The notes beneath the pieces are model-generated. The model did not search any database. It was given only the letters and a program-made list of their open reading frames with translations, and had not been told where the DNA came from. A stretch of DNA of 46,650 nt from a virus (taxonomy: Duplodnaviria; Caudoviricetes), in IMG/VR virus record IMGVR_UViG_3300042814_000019, positions 1 through 46,650 of that record. One strand, given 5' to 3'. Position numbers and translations under genes: made by a program. This document shows, in pieces, positions 6,557 to 15,281 of the stretch. The first letter of the stretch is position 1, and each line of letters starts with the position of its first letter.

Positions 6557-8538
6557 AGTACTTGAGCGTGTGCAGCGGGATCGAGGCGGCCTCGGTCGCG
6601 TGGGGTCCGCTCGGTTTCGATCCGGTCGCGTTCAGCGAGATCGAAACGTTCCCGTCCGCGGTACTCGCTCACCACTATCCGACCGTCGCCAATTGGGGCG
6701 ACATGACCAATTTCGAGGCGTGGCCTGATGCAACTGTCGATGTTCTCGTCGGAGGAACCCCCTGCCAATCGTTCAGCGTCGCCGGACTCCGCGAGGGACT
6801 GGCGGATCCGCGTGGTTCGCTCATGCTCGTCTATCTTGCAATTGCTCGGCGATATCGGCCCCGATGGTTGGTTTGGGAGAACGTCCCCGGCGTCCTGTCG
6901 AGTGACAACGGACGGGCGTTTGGATCCTTGCTCGGAGGGCTGGGCGAACTCGGGTATGGGTTCGCACACCGCGTACTTGACGCTCAGTACTTCGGACTGG
7001 CCCAGCGACGGAAACGCGTGTTCGTTGTCGGGCATATTGGAGCCAACTGGCGACGTGCCGCGGCGGTTCTTTTTGAGCGCGAAAGCCTGTCAGGGCATCC
7101 TCCGCCGCGCCGAAAAACGCGGGAAGGTGTTGCCGGAACTCTTGGGGGCAGCTCTCAAAGCGGCGGGTTCCGAACGACCGACCTAGACAACTCCGGCGCG
7201 TTCGTCCCGGTCGCGCTCCCGCTCCAGTACATCGAGCAACGCGGCCGCGAGAACCGACAGAACGGAATGGGCGTCGGCGCGCCCGATGATCCGATGTACA
7301 CCCTCGAGTGTCGGCAGCAACACGGGATCGCGATCAACGGGGCGCCGATGCCGTTCGACGGATCGCAGATCACGCACCGCGACAACCGCAGTAAACCGAA
7401 CCCGGGCGATCCGTCGCCGACGCTCGCGCCTGGCGCGCACCCGCCCATGATCGCGTTCTCCTCGAAAGACTACGGCCAGGACGCAATCGAGGATCTCTCG
7501 CCGACGCTCCGCTCCGGAAACGAGATCGACTCGCACGCGAGCGGCGGCGTCGGTCCCGCGATCGCCTACGAAGTACCGATCCCGATTGATCTCCGCCAGT
7601 CATCACGCGGCGAGAAGATGACGAACAATCGCGAGCACGGGAGCGGCGGCGCGCCTGGCGTCGGCGTCGGCAATCAGGGCGATCCCGCGTTCACCGTGAG
7701 CGAGCGAGGACAGGCCGTGGCCTACGGCATCCGTTCCGACGCCGGTCGCGATGGCGAGGCGCGCACGCCCTCGCCGGACGCGGAAGGTCGCGAGCGGCTC
7801 CGCGATGCCGGGTTCAACGTGTACGAGGAGATCGCGCCGACGCTCGACGCCGGTACCGCGCACACGGTCGCGCACGCCGACGGCGCGATCCGGATCGCGT
7901 GCGGATGCGGCGAGGTGTTCGACGGTCAACTCGACACGCCGTGTCCCGCGTGCGGGCGCGTGCGCGATGCTCAGGTGACGTACCCGCCCGACGCCGACGT
8001 CGAGGAGGAGGAACCGCTCGCGTTCCGATGGATGACGGGCGGCGACGAAACGACGTCGCTCCCGATGGAGCGCGATCACTGTCCGACGCTCGACGCCGCG
8101 GGTTCGATGGCGATCGCGTTCGCCGACGTCGCGGATCCTGTCGCCGCCAATCAGGGCCGCACGTACACCCGCGAGGGGTCCAACAATTTTCGTATGTCCA
8201 ACGTCGCGATCGGTTTCGAGCCTCGACACTACACTCGCGACAATAAGACCGGCGGCAAGCCTGGCGACGTCGCCGTTCTCAAGGCCGACGCGAGCAAGGC
8301 GGGCGACTCCGCGCCGCACGTGGCGACGGCGATGAACGTCCGGCGCCTCACGCCGCGCGAGTGTGAGCGGCTCCAGGGGTTCCCCGACGACTACACCTTG
8401 ATCCCGTACCGCGGCAAGCTCGCCGCCGACGGGCCGCGGTACAAGGCGCTCGGAAATTCGATGGCGGTTCCGGTCATGGCGTGGATCGGACGGCGGATCA
8501 TGGAAGTCGACGAACTCGATCACGAGGGGCAATCATGA
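6553..8538 (+). CDS. DNA (cytosine-5) methyltransferase with a very long multi-module variable region
   Basis: Motifs I (CSGIEA), IV (GGTPCQSFS), VI (ENVPG), VIII (QRRKRVF), IX (RRLTPRECERLQGFPD), X (YKALGNSM). Confidence 0.95.
   Translation: MKYLSVCSGIEAASVAWGPLGFDPVAFSEIETFPSAVLAHHYPTVANWGDMTNFEAWPDATVDVLVGGTPCQSFSVAGLREGLADPRGSLMLVYLAIARRYRPRWLVWENVPGVLSSDNGRAFGSLLGGLGELGYGFAHRVLDAQYFGLAQRRKRVFVVGHIGANWRRAAAVLFERESLSGHPPPRRKTREGVAGTLGGSSQSGGFRTTDLDNSGAFVPVALPLQYIEQRGRENRQNGMGVGAPDDPMYTLECRQQHGIAINGAPMPFDGSQITHRDNRSKPNPGDPSPTLAPGAHPPMIAFSSKDYGQDAIEDLSPTLRSGNEIDSHASGGVGPAIAYEVPIPIDLRQSSRGEKMTNNREHGSGGAPGVGVGNQGDPAFTVSERGQAVAYGIRSDAGRDGEARTPSPDAEGRERLRDAGFNVYEEIAPTLDAGTAHTVAHADGAIRIACGCGEVFDGQLDTPCPACGRVRDAQVTYPPDADVEEEEPLAFRWMTGGDETTSLPMERDHCPTLDAAGSMAIAFADVADPVAANQGRTYTREGSNNFRMSNVAIGFEPRHYTRDNKTGGKPGDVAVLKADASKAGDSAPHVATAMNVRRLTPRECERLQGFPDDYTLIPYRGKLAADGPRYKALGNSMAVPVMAWIGRRIMEVDELDHEGQS
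6728..7186 (+). CDS. Overlapping +1-frame gene resembling the M.EcoHK31I beta polypeptide
   Basis: 152-aa ORF inside the MTase with GAGG RBS; WANSGM...CSLSGILE...FFLS...ILRRAEKRGKVLP pattern; codon bias of the main frame is visibly relaxed here. Confidence 0.7.
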   Translation: MQLSMFSSEEPPANRSASPDSARDWRIRVVRSCSSILQLLGDIGPDGWFGRTSPASCRVTTDGRLDPCSEGWANSGMGSHTAYLTLSTSDWPSDGNACSLSGILEPTGDVPRRFFLSAKACQGILRRAEKRGKVLPELLGAALKAAGSERPT

Positions 8539-8801
8539 ATAGAGCGATGGCGCACAAGCTCACCGCACACGAAGCGATCGACGTCGAGACGATCCTCGAG
8601 CTCGCGGCGCCGGAGTCCGGCGAGATGTACCGCGGGACGTTCCGGCTTGATAGGTTCGACGCCGGCGCCGACTATTGCGTCGGCTCGACGGAGCAATGGA
8701 TATGGTCGATTGGGCGGCGCCTGAGCGACGGCGCGATCTTCGCCGCGATCGATTCGCGGTTCTACCAGAACCCGGAATTTCATTGTCTGTTCCTCCGATG
8801 A
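8535..8801 (+). CDS. Hypothetical protein
   Basis: ATGA coupling, GAGGGG RBS. Confidence 0.7.
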   Translation: MNRAMAHKLTAHEAIDVETILELAAPESGEMYRGTFRLDRFDAGADYCVGSTEQWIWSIGRRLSDGAIFAAIDSRFYQNPEFHCLFLR

Positions 8802-8953
8802 TCGCCGCGATCCTCATCGGCGCCGTGTGCGGCGTGGTCGGTCTGATCCTGAACCGCCGCCGCCGTACGGAGGTGCAACGCCAGGCGCGACGGCTCGCGA
8901 GCCTGGGCACCGTCGAGGGCCACCGGGAGGCGAGGCGTCACGATGGCCGATAG
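8798..8953 (+). CDS. Small membrane-anchored protein
   Basis: MIAAILIGAVCGVVGLIL followed by RRRR. Confidence 0.55.
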   Translation: MIAAILIGAVCGVVGLILNRRRRTEVQRQARRLASLGTVEGHREARRHDGR

Positions 8954-9167
8954 CACGGCGGCGATCGTGTTCCCGCGCGTCGGCGCGTTCCCGCACGGGG
9001 CGTACGTCGCTCGATGCCGATGTCTCCCCGACGTCGGCCAGGTTCCGACGACGAACTACCACGGGCACGCGATCGCGGCGCCGACGTGCGGCGGATGCGG
9101 CCGACGTTTCGAGCTCGCGATCGATCTCATGCTCCCGGCGCCGCCGCCGGCGTCGAGGCAACCGTGA
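8943..9167 (+). CDS. Small putative Zn-binding protein
   Basis: CRC...CGGC. Confidence 0.55.
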   Translation: MADSTAAIVFPRVGAFPHGAYVARCRCLPDVGQVPTTNYHGHAIAAPTCGGCGRRFELAIDLMLPAPPPASRQP

Positions 9168-9757
9168 CGCGCACGAGGACGGCGGCGCGTCATTCGATGG
9201 ACTCCCCGGAGTGGTTCACGCCGTCGCCGTACGTCGAGGCGGCGCGCGAGGTGCTCGGCGAGATCGATCTCGATCCGGCATCGCATCGCGAGGCGAACCG
9301 GATCGTCCGCGCCCGCCGGTTCTACACGGAGAAGGGGAACGGACTCCGGCGCCCGTGGTTCGGGCGCGTGTTCATCAACCCGCCAGGCGGCCACGTCGCG
9401 CCGTTCTGGTACCGGCTCATGGTCGCAATCGCCGCGCGCGAGATCACCGCGGCGATCTGGATCGGCTATTCGCTCGAGCAGCTTCAAACGCTCCAGGGGT
9501 ACGAGGTGCGATCCCCGATCCAGTTTCCGATCTGCATTCCGGATCGGCGGATCCCGTTCGTCGAGTCGAGCGCGAAGCGTGAACTCCGGCGCCTGGCGCT
9601 CGTCGAGGAGAACCGCGGGCGCCGCCGCGAGGGGCACGAGCTCAAGCCATGGAAGGAAGCCGCGCAACCGTCACACGCGAACTACATCACGTACATCGGG
9701 CGAGCGCCGGCCCGGTTCGCCCGCGTGTTCGGGGCGTTCGGCGAGGTGCGTCGATGA
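9164..9757 (+). CDS. Phage Dam-like DNA N6-adenine methyltransferase (NPPG variant)
   Basis: EWFTP, IDLDPAS, 'NGL..PWFGRVFINPPGG'. Confidence 0.8.
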   Translation: MTRTRTAARHSMDSPEWFTPSPYVEAAREVLGEIDLDPASHREANRIVRARRFYTEKGNGLRRPWFGRVFINPPGGHVAPFWYRLMVAIAAREITAAIWIGYSLEQLQTLQGYEVRSPIQFPICIPDRRIPFVESSAKRELRRLALVEENRGRRREGHELKPWKEAAQPSHANYITYIGRAPARFARVFGAFGEVRR

Positions 9758-9808
9758 GGAGTAGGATCGGCGAGCGCCAGGACGGCGCCCTCGAGATCTG
9801 AGACACGA

Positions 9809-9845
9809 ACGCCGCCGGATCCTGGCGAGGGAAACCCGGCGGCGT
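9809..9845 (+). other. Intergenic 10-bp inverted repeat
   Basis: ACGCCGCCGG / CCGGCGGCGT. Confidence 0.6.
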
Positions 9846-9871
9846 CGTTAGCACGAAAGGACCGAAACCCG

Positions 9872-10180
9872 ATGAGCGATTGCCATTCTACACGATCACG
9901 TTTTACTGTCGGAAATCCACACTACCGCGAGCACGCCCGGGCGTCGATCGCCGTCGCTCGATCAGGCGGCGCGCCGTCGCACGAGCAAACCGTCGCGCTC
10001 GAGCGGATCGCCGTCCGGATCCACGGGCGGGCGAACCGTCACGAGCTCGGCACCTGGCGCGAGGATCCGGCGACGACCGCGGGCGAGATCCTCGCGTGCT
10101 CGACGTGCGGGGCCCGGGCGTTCCTGTCGCGCACGACGGGCGCCGCCGTCATCACGGAGATCCTCGAGGCCTGCAAGTGA
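9872..10180 (+). CDS. Hypothetical protein (H...CxxC)
   Basis: GAAAGGA RBS; GTGA coupling. Confidence 0.6.
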   Translation: MSDCHSTRSRFTVGNPHYREHARASIAVARSGGAPSHEQTVALERIAVRIHGRANRHELGTWREDPATTAGEILACSTCGARAFLSRTTGAAVITEILEACK

Positions 10181-10602
10181 GCGCCCGGTTCCGCGGGACG
10201 TTCGGCGCGTTCCGGAGCACGGAGGGCGCCGGCGCTCGGCGACCGCTCCCGTCCTGTTTCAAACACTACGACCGCGTCCTCGTCGGGGCCGATCGTGCAC
10301 CTGGCCGGCTCCTGAAATGCGAGAAGAAAGCGCCCGGGACCGGGTTCTACTTCAAAGTCAAAACCGACGCGGGCGACTGGCGATGGCCCGACGTCCTCAT
10401 CCTCGCCGGTACCGGCGCGAACGTCGCGACGTGCGAGGCCGGCGAGGGGCGGTTCATGACCGATCAGACCGGCGACGGACTCCTCTGTCCGAAACATAAC
10501 GCGGAGATCTTCGGCTCCGCGGAGGAGCACGCGCTCGACGCCGCCGATCCGGTTCGGAATCGCGGCAACTCTCACAAGTGGAAACCCGGGAGGCGCCGAT
10601 GA
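10177..10602 (+). CDS. Hypothetical protein
   Basis: Coupled start and stop. Confidence 0.6.
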   Translation: MSARFRGTFGAFRSTEGAGARRPLPSCFKHYDRVLVGADRAPGRLLKCEKKAPGTGFYFKVKTDAGDWRWPDVLILAGTGANVATCEAGEGRFMTDQTGDGLLCPKHNAEIFGSAEEHALDAADPVRNRGNSHKWKPGRRR

Positions 10603-10925
10603 AACGGGAGATCCGGATCGTGATCGACGGCCCGCAGATCGCGCGCCACATGATCGCCGCGTTCGATCCCTGGGCCGCCGCGTTCCTGGCGGCCGCCGAC
10701 GCTATCGGCGATCTGAATCTCTCGCTCCGCGCGCTCCGTCGAGCAGAGACGCGCCGACGTCGCCGCGCACGCTACGAAATCCGCGAGGCGATCCTCGCGC
10801 GCCGCCTGGGCATCACGCCGGAACCCTGGCGGGGAGAATGCCGACGGGAACGGACACCGGACGAAGCGACGCCACCGCACGCACCGGATCCGAACCCGTC
10901 GGCAGATCAACGGAGGGGCAATTGA
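10599..10925 (+). CDS. Hypothetical protein
   Basis: GGAGG RBS, ATGA coupling. Confidence 0.6.
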   Translation: MKREIRIVIDGPQIARHMIAAFDPWAAAFLAAADAIGDLNLSLRALRRAETRRRRRARYEIREAILARRLGITPEPWRGECRRERTPDEATPPHAPDPNPSADQRRGN

Positions 10926-11368
10926 ACGATCTCAAGTCGCGGTACCTCAACGATCCGATCTTCCATTGCGTCGTCGATCACATGCGGAACATCATCCGCT
11001 CGGCAACGCTCACGCCGTCGGAGGTGCGCGAGGCGGCGATGACGGCGTGTGTGATCGAGGAGATGTACAACCCGCGGCCGCCGTTCTCGACGTCGGACGC
11101 CGATCTCGATCTCGTTCGCCAGGTGCTCGCCCGAACGCCGACGTCGCCGCCGCCGCCGCCAGGCGAGCGGATCGTGAACTGTGAGAAATGCCAGATCAAG
11201 ATCCCCGAACGACTCGCGACGTTCGACGTCGGCGTTCGCGGCGGGACGGCGGCCAGGTGTGCGGCGTGCAACCCGCAACCCGGGCCAACGGGCGAGGCGA
11301 ACCGAAACGAAGTGATCGCGCTCCGCCGTGCGCGCTCGCTCCACAACTCCGATCAACACGAAGGATAG
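10922..11368 (+). CDS. Hypothetical protein with CxxC...CxxC
   Basis: TTG start after GGAGG; CEKC and CAAC. Confidence 0.65.
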   Translation: MNDLKSRYLNDPIFHCVVDHMRNIIRSATLTPSEVREAAMTACVIEEMYNPRPPFSTSDADLDLVRQVLARTPTSPPPPPGERIVNCEKCQIKIPERLATFDVGVRGGTAARCAACNPQPGPTGEANRNEVIALRRARSLHNSDQHEG

Positions 11369-11372
11369 AACC

Positions 11373-11588
11373 ATGGCGAAGGCAGTTATCACCGTCAGTC
11401 TCACGCTCCGCGGCGAACCGCTCGCCGTCGTCGCCGCGCTCGTGAACGGACTCCCGAAGGACGCGCTCGAGGGCATCCGCGACGGGATGCAGCGCGAACT
11501 CGAGGAGCGCCAGAAGAAACCCGCCCGCGGCCGCCGCCGCATGACGATCACCGTGAGCAACCGCAAACGAAAGGACCGCAGCAAATGA
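11373..11588 (+). CDS. Small basic hypothetical protein
   Basis: AAGGA RBS; coupled to next gene. Confidence 0.6.
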   Translation: MAKAVITVSLTLRGEPLAVVAALVNGLPKDALEGIRDGMQRELEERQKKPARGRRRMTITVSNRKRKDRSK

Positions 11589-12673
11589 GCACCGACCGTA
11601 CACCCATCGACGCCGAAGTACTCGACGCCGAACCGAAACACCTGATCCGCCATCCTGGCGCGCCGACGAACCTGAACGAGCTCGCCGCACGAGGCGGCGG
11701 CGCGATCGAGATCATCGAGGCCCGGGTTCAAGTGGTCGAGACGCTCCGGCGCGCCTCGATCCGCATGACGGCGCCGCCGGATTGGCTCCTGTTCAAAGCA
11801 CCCGATGATCAGGGCGGCCAGGTCGTCGGTTACTGCCAGGACTCCGGCGCCGAACGGTTCCGCGATCTGTGGGGGATCGACGTGTTCGACGTGTCGGAAC
11901 CGGACAAGATCACCGGCAACGATCCCGCCGTCTTTACCTACATCGTCCGCGGTTCGGGGCGATGCCGGATCACGGGTCAGACGCTCGAGCAGATCGAGGG
12001 CGCGCGATCCTCGACGGACGATTTCTGTCGCGGCGTTACCGGCGTGGCGCTCGAGGTGCTCGTTCGCAAGGCGGCGCGCGCGAACCTCGACGGCGGCGTG
12101 ACGCGTGAGCTCGCCGGAATGAAGTCCGTTCCGATCGAGGAGATCGTCGCGGCGTGGGAGGGCACGCCGAAAAAGATCGAGAACTGTCGGCACGGGCGCG
12201 GGTTCGGGACTCGCGACGAGCGACTCGGCGCACGCTCGACCAAAGCGCCCGAAGTCGATCCGCCGGTCTGTCCTCACTGTCAATCCGTCGGCGTGTTCCG
12301 CGAGGGGAAGAACGGGCGCCCGGGGTTTTACGGCTGTCCGCGGTACAAGTCGCACGAGGATAAGCGATGGCTCGTCGACGGTCCGGAGTGGGTCGCCGGC
12401 GCCGCCGCACGCGCCGCCGCGGCGGGCGGAGGGGGAACGCCCGCGGCGGGCGCCGCAGGGGCGCCAGGCGCCCAGGCAACGCGCCAGGACGCCGCCGGAG
12501 GGGGAACCGGCAAGCCGGCCGCCCAGGCGGCGAGCACGGGCGCCAGGACGCCCTCGACGCCGCCGGCGGGACGTGTCGAGCGCGAGCTCGGCGCCGATGA
12601 GATGTTCGGGCCGCCGCACGGAACGACGCGGCGCTCGAGCACGCCGCCGCGCGAACCCGGGGAGGAGGGGTAA
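11585..12673 (+). CDS. Putative single-strand annealing protein (Rad52/Erf-like) with C-terminal zinc ribbon and disordered tail
   Basis: DW...Y..DSGAERF...WGI core; CPHC...FYGCPRY ribbon; close to an exonuclease gene. Confidence 0.55.
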   Translation: MSTDRTPIDAEVLDAEPKHLIRHPGAPTNLNELAARGGGAIEIIEARVQVVETLRRASIRMTAPPDWLLFKAPDDQGGQVVGYCQDSGAERFRDLWGIDVFDVSEPDKITGNDPAVFTYIVRGSGRCRITGQTLEQIEGARSSTDDFCRGVTGVALEVLVRKAARANLDGGVTRELAGMKSVPIEEIVAAWEGTPKKIENCRHGRGFGTRDERLGARSTKAPEVDPPVCPHCQSVGVFREGKNGRPGFYGCPRYKSHEDKRWLVDGPEWVAGAAARAAAAGGGGTPAAGAAGAPGAQATRQDAAGGGTGKPAAQAASTGARTPSTPPAGRVERELGADEMFGPPHGTTRRSSTPPREPGEEG

Positions 12674-12676
12674 GCG

Positions 12677-13135
12677 ATGGACAAGCAACTCCTCGACGCT
12701 CGCTCGCACGCGGGCGACGGCGACGGCGCCGCCAGGGAGGCGGGCGCCGCGCTCCCGAACCGCGGATCTCAACGGATGTTCTCCGAACTACAGACCGGCG
12801 CCCGGTTCACGTTCGATCACGATGCCGACTCCGGGCACGAGTGGACGAAAACCGGGCGGCGGGAGTACTCGCGGATCTTGACGAAGCGGATCGGGACGCC
12901 GACGGCGCCGGTTACGCCGGTCGCGCCGGTACCGGATGATGAGGGCGACGCCGTCGTGATGCTCCGCAACGTGGCCACCCTGATCAATTCGCTCCGCGCG
13001 ATCGAGCGGATCAAGCGGGACGGAAACGACGTGATCCCGGCGAGCGACGTCGATGAACTCCTCGCGCACTTCGCACGCGGAGGCCTCGACGCCGCCGACG
13101 TCGCGACGATCGAAAAGATCGTAGGTGGACGATGA
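12677..13135 (+). CDS. Hypothetical protein
   Basis: GGAGG RBS, coupled downstream. Confidence 0.65.
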   Translation: MDKQLLDARSHAGDGDGAAREAGAALPNRGSQRMFSELQTGARFTFDHDADSGHEWTKTGRREYSRILTKRIGTPTAPVTPVAPVPDDEGDAVVMLRNVATLINSLRAIERIKRDGNDVIPASDVDELLAHFARGGLDAADVATIEKIVGGR

Positions 13136-14169
13136 CGGCGCCGGCGCTCGTTCCCGCCGACGTCGCGAAGGGCATCGAAACGGCGTGGGGCGCGTTCCTG
13201 GCGCGCTCCGCCCGTCCGCAGACACCACACCCGTACGCCTACGCGTCCGCGTACCGCACGTGCGAGCGGCGGATGGTGTACGAGATGACGCGCCCGGAGA
13301 AACTCCCGCCCTGGCCGCCGGAGGTGCTCGCACGGTTCCGCCGCGGCGATGATCGCGAGCGGGATCTCCTGTCGGATCTCGGGCGCATCGGGCGCGATGC
13401 GGAGCCATCGTTCAGCGTGATCGGCCAACAGGAGTCGTTCAAACTGAAAGATCGCAAGGGGCGCGTCGCGATCTCCGGCAAGGTCGATGCTCGGATCGCG
13501 ATCGCCGGCGCGCGGCCGCCGCTCGAGGTCAAGGCGTGGTCGCCGATGATGGTCGACCGGATCGAGACGTTCGCGGATCTGTTCGACAACCCATGGACAC
13601 GATCCGGCGCTCACCAATTGCTCGCGTACTTGTGGGGCGCCGGCGAACCGTTCGGGTTCCTCCTCCTCGACCGCAGCGGGATCCCGAAACTCCTCCCCGT
13701 GGAACTCGACGCGCACGTCGACCGGATGGAGGATTTCCTCGCGCGCGCCGAACGGGCGATCGATCACGTCGAGGCGAAAACGCTCCCGTCGTTCCTTGAA
13801 GGCGACGCCGCGGAGTGTAAGCGTTGCGCGTGGTACGGCACGGAGTGTAATCCGCCGCTCATCGCGAAGGGCGCCGTCGTGCTCACCGATCCGGAGCTAC
13901 AGAAGCGGCTCGCCAGGCGCGACGAGCTCGAGGCCGGCGCGAAGGAATTCGACAAGCTCGACAAACAGATCAAGGGCGAACTCCGCGGGATCGAGGAGGG
14001 GATCGCGGGTCCGTTCGTGATCAACGGCAAGTGGCAAAAGAAAACGACGACCGATCTCCCCGCCGACGTGAAAAAGCAGTACACGACGACCGATCCGAAA
14101 GGGTCATTCCGGATCGAGATCGTCCGGCTCGATGGACCGGCGGCGCCGCCGGAGGAGAAAACCGCATGA
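13132..14169 (+). CDS. Cas4-like PD-(D/E)xK exonuclease
   Basis: CERR; SGKVD...LEVK; HQLLAY; CKRCAWYGTEC (4-Cys Fe-S pattern). Confidence 0.85.
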   Translation: MTAPALVPADVAKGIETAWGAFLARSARPQTPHPYAYASAYRTCERRMVYEMTRPEKLPPWPPEVLARFRRGDDRERDLLSDLGRIGRDAEPSFSVIGQQESFKLKDRKGRVAISGKVDARIAIAGARPPLEVKAWSPMMVDRIETFADLFDNPWTRSGAHQLLAYLWGAGEPFGFLLLDRSGIPKLLPVELDAHVDRMEDFLARAERAIDHVEAKTLPSFLEGDAAECKRCAWYGTECNPPLIAKGAVVLTDPELQKRLARRDELEAGAKEFDKLDKQIKGELRGIEEGIAGPFVINGKWQKKTTTDLPADVKKQYTTTDPKGSFRIEIVRLDGPAAPPEEKTA

Positions 14170-14242
14170 TGAAGTACATAGTCGTCCCGCTCGAGGCGAT
14201 CCGGATCGTGCTCGAAATGATCGGCCTGCGGCGGCGGGCGTA

Positions 14243-14983
14243 GTGGCGAAGGACAGCGCGATCGGCTGGACGGATCACACGTTCAACCCATGGTGGGGAT
14301 GCGTCGAGGTGTCGCCGGCGTGTGATGAATGCTACGCCCGGAAATTCGCGAACCGTCTCGGGTACCCGTGGGGCGCGCACGCGCCGCGGCGGTTCTTCGC
14401 CGATCACCATTGGCGCGAGCCTCTCAACTGGAACGCGGCCGCCGTGCGCGACGGGAAACGCGCTCGCGTGTTCTGTGCGTCGATGGCCGACGTTTTCGAG
14501 GTGCGCGAGGATCTCGACGACTCGCGGCGCCGACTGTGGGAACTGATCGAGGCAACGCCCGCGCTCGATTGGCTCCTCCTCACGAAGCGCGCCCGCGAGA
14601 TCCGGCGGATGGTCCCGGCGGCCTGGCTCGAGGCGCCGCTCGCGCACGTCTGGTACGGAACGACGGTCGAGGGGCCCGACTACTTGTGGCGGCTCGAGGA
14701 ACTCCGGCGCGTTCCCGCGGCGCTCCGGTTTATCTCGTACGAACCGGCGCTCGCCGACGTGACGTGGCCGCTCGACGGGATCGACTGGCTCATCGCGGGC
14801 GGCGAAAGCTCGCCCGGGTTCCGCCCGCCCGATCCGGACTGGATCCGATCGTCACGCGATCAGGCGCTCGCCGCCGGCGTCGCGTTCTACTTCAAACAAT
14901 GGGGAGGACTCAGACCGACCAGCAAGGGGAACCTCCTCGACGGGCGCGAGTGGCGCCAGGTTCCCCGCTACGCGACCGCGTGA
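14243..14983 (+). CDS. DUF5131 (phage Gp37/Gp68) family protein
   Basis: IGWTDHTFNPWWGC..VSPACDECYA; LLTKR; SYEP; WLIAGGES; FKQWGG. Confidence 0.92.
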   Translation: MAKDSAIGWTDHTFNPWWGCVEVSPACDECYARKFANRLGYPWGAHAPRRFFADHHWREPLNWNAAAVRDGKRARVFCASMADVFEVREDLDDSRRRLWELIEATPALDWLLLTKRAREIRRMVPAAWLEAPLAHVWYGTTVEGPDYLWRLEELRRVPAALRFISYEPALADVTWPLDGIDWLIAGGESSPGFRPPDPDWIRSSRDQALAAGVAFYFKQWGGLRPTSKGNLLDGREWRQVPRYATA

Positions 14984-15012
14984 ACCAATTCAACCCGACA
15001 GGAGATCCGAAC

Positions 15013-15279
15013 ATGGCACGAAAGCGCAATCCCGCCGACGCGGCGATCGAATTCTTCCAAACGGCCGATCTCGGCACGGCCGCGACAATGCTCGACGTCT
15101 GCAAGGGCACCGTCGACCGGCGGCGCCGCGAGATGGCGAAATCACCGACCGCGCTCCACGCCGCCGCGGAGGGCGCCAGGCGTCCCGCCAGGCGAACGCG
15201 GGAAGTCGGGGCGGCCGAAGTATCGACGCCGGAGGGAGGGGCGCCGGCGGGCGACGTGACGACGCGCGGGGAGGCCTGA
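15013..15279 (+). CDS. Hypothetical protein
   Basis: AGGAG RBS. Confidence 0.65.
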   Translation: MARKRNPADAAIEFFQTADLGTAATMLDVCKGTVDRRRREMAKSPTALHAAAEGARRPARRTREVGAAEVSTPEGGAPAGDVTTRGEA

Positions 15280-15281
15280 AC

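Noticed and set aside
10907-12772. Long minus-strand ORFs (also 7603-8532, 29452-31206, 31988-33502, 37292-38818, 39997-41550, 42778-44145)
   Set aside because: Antisense shadows of GC-rich + strand genes; no recognisable motifs, and stop codons are scarce at this GC content
13132-14169. CRISPR-Cas locus
   Set aside because: Cas4-like gene is alone; no repeat-spacer array or other cas genes seen
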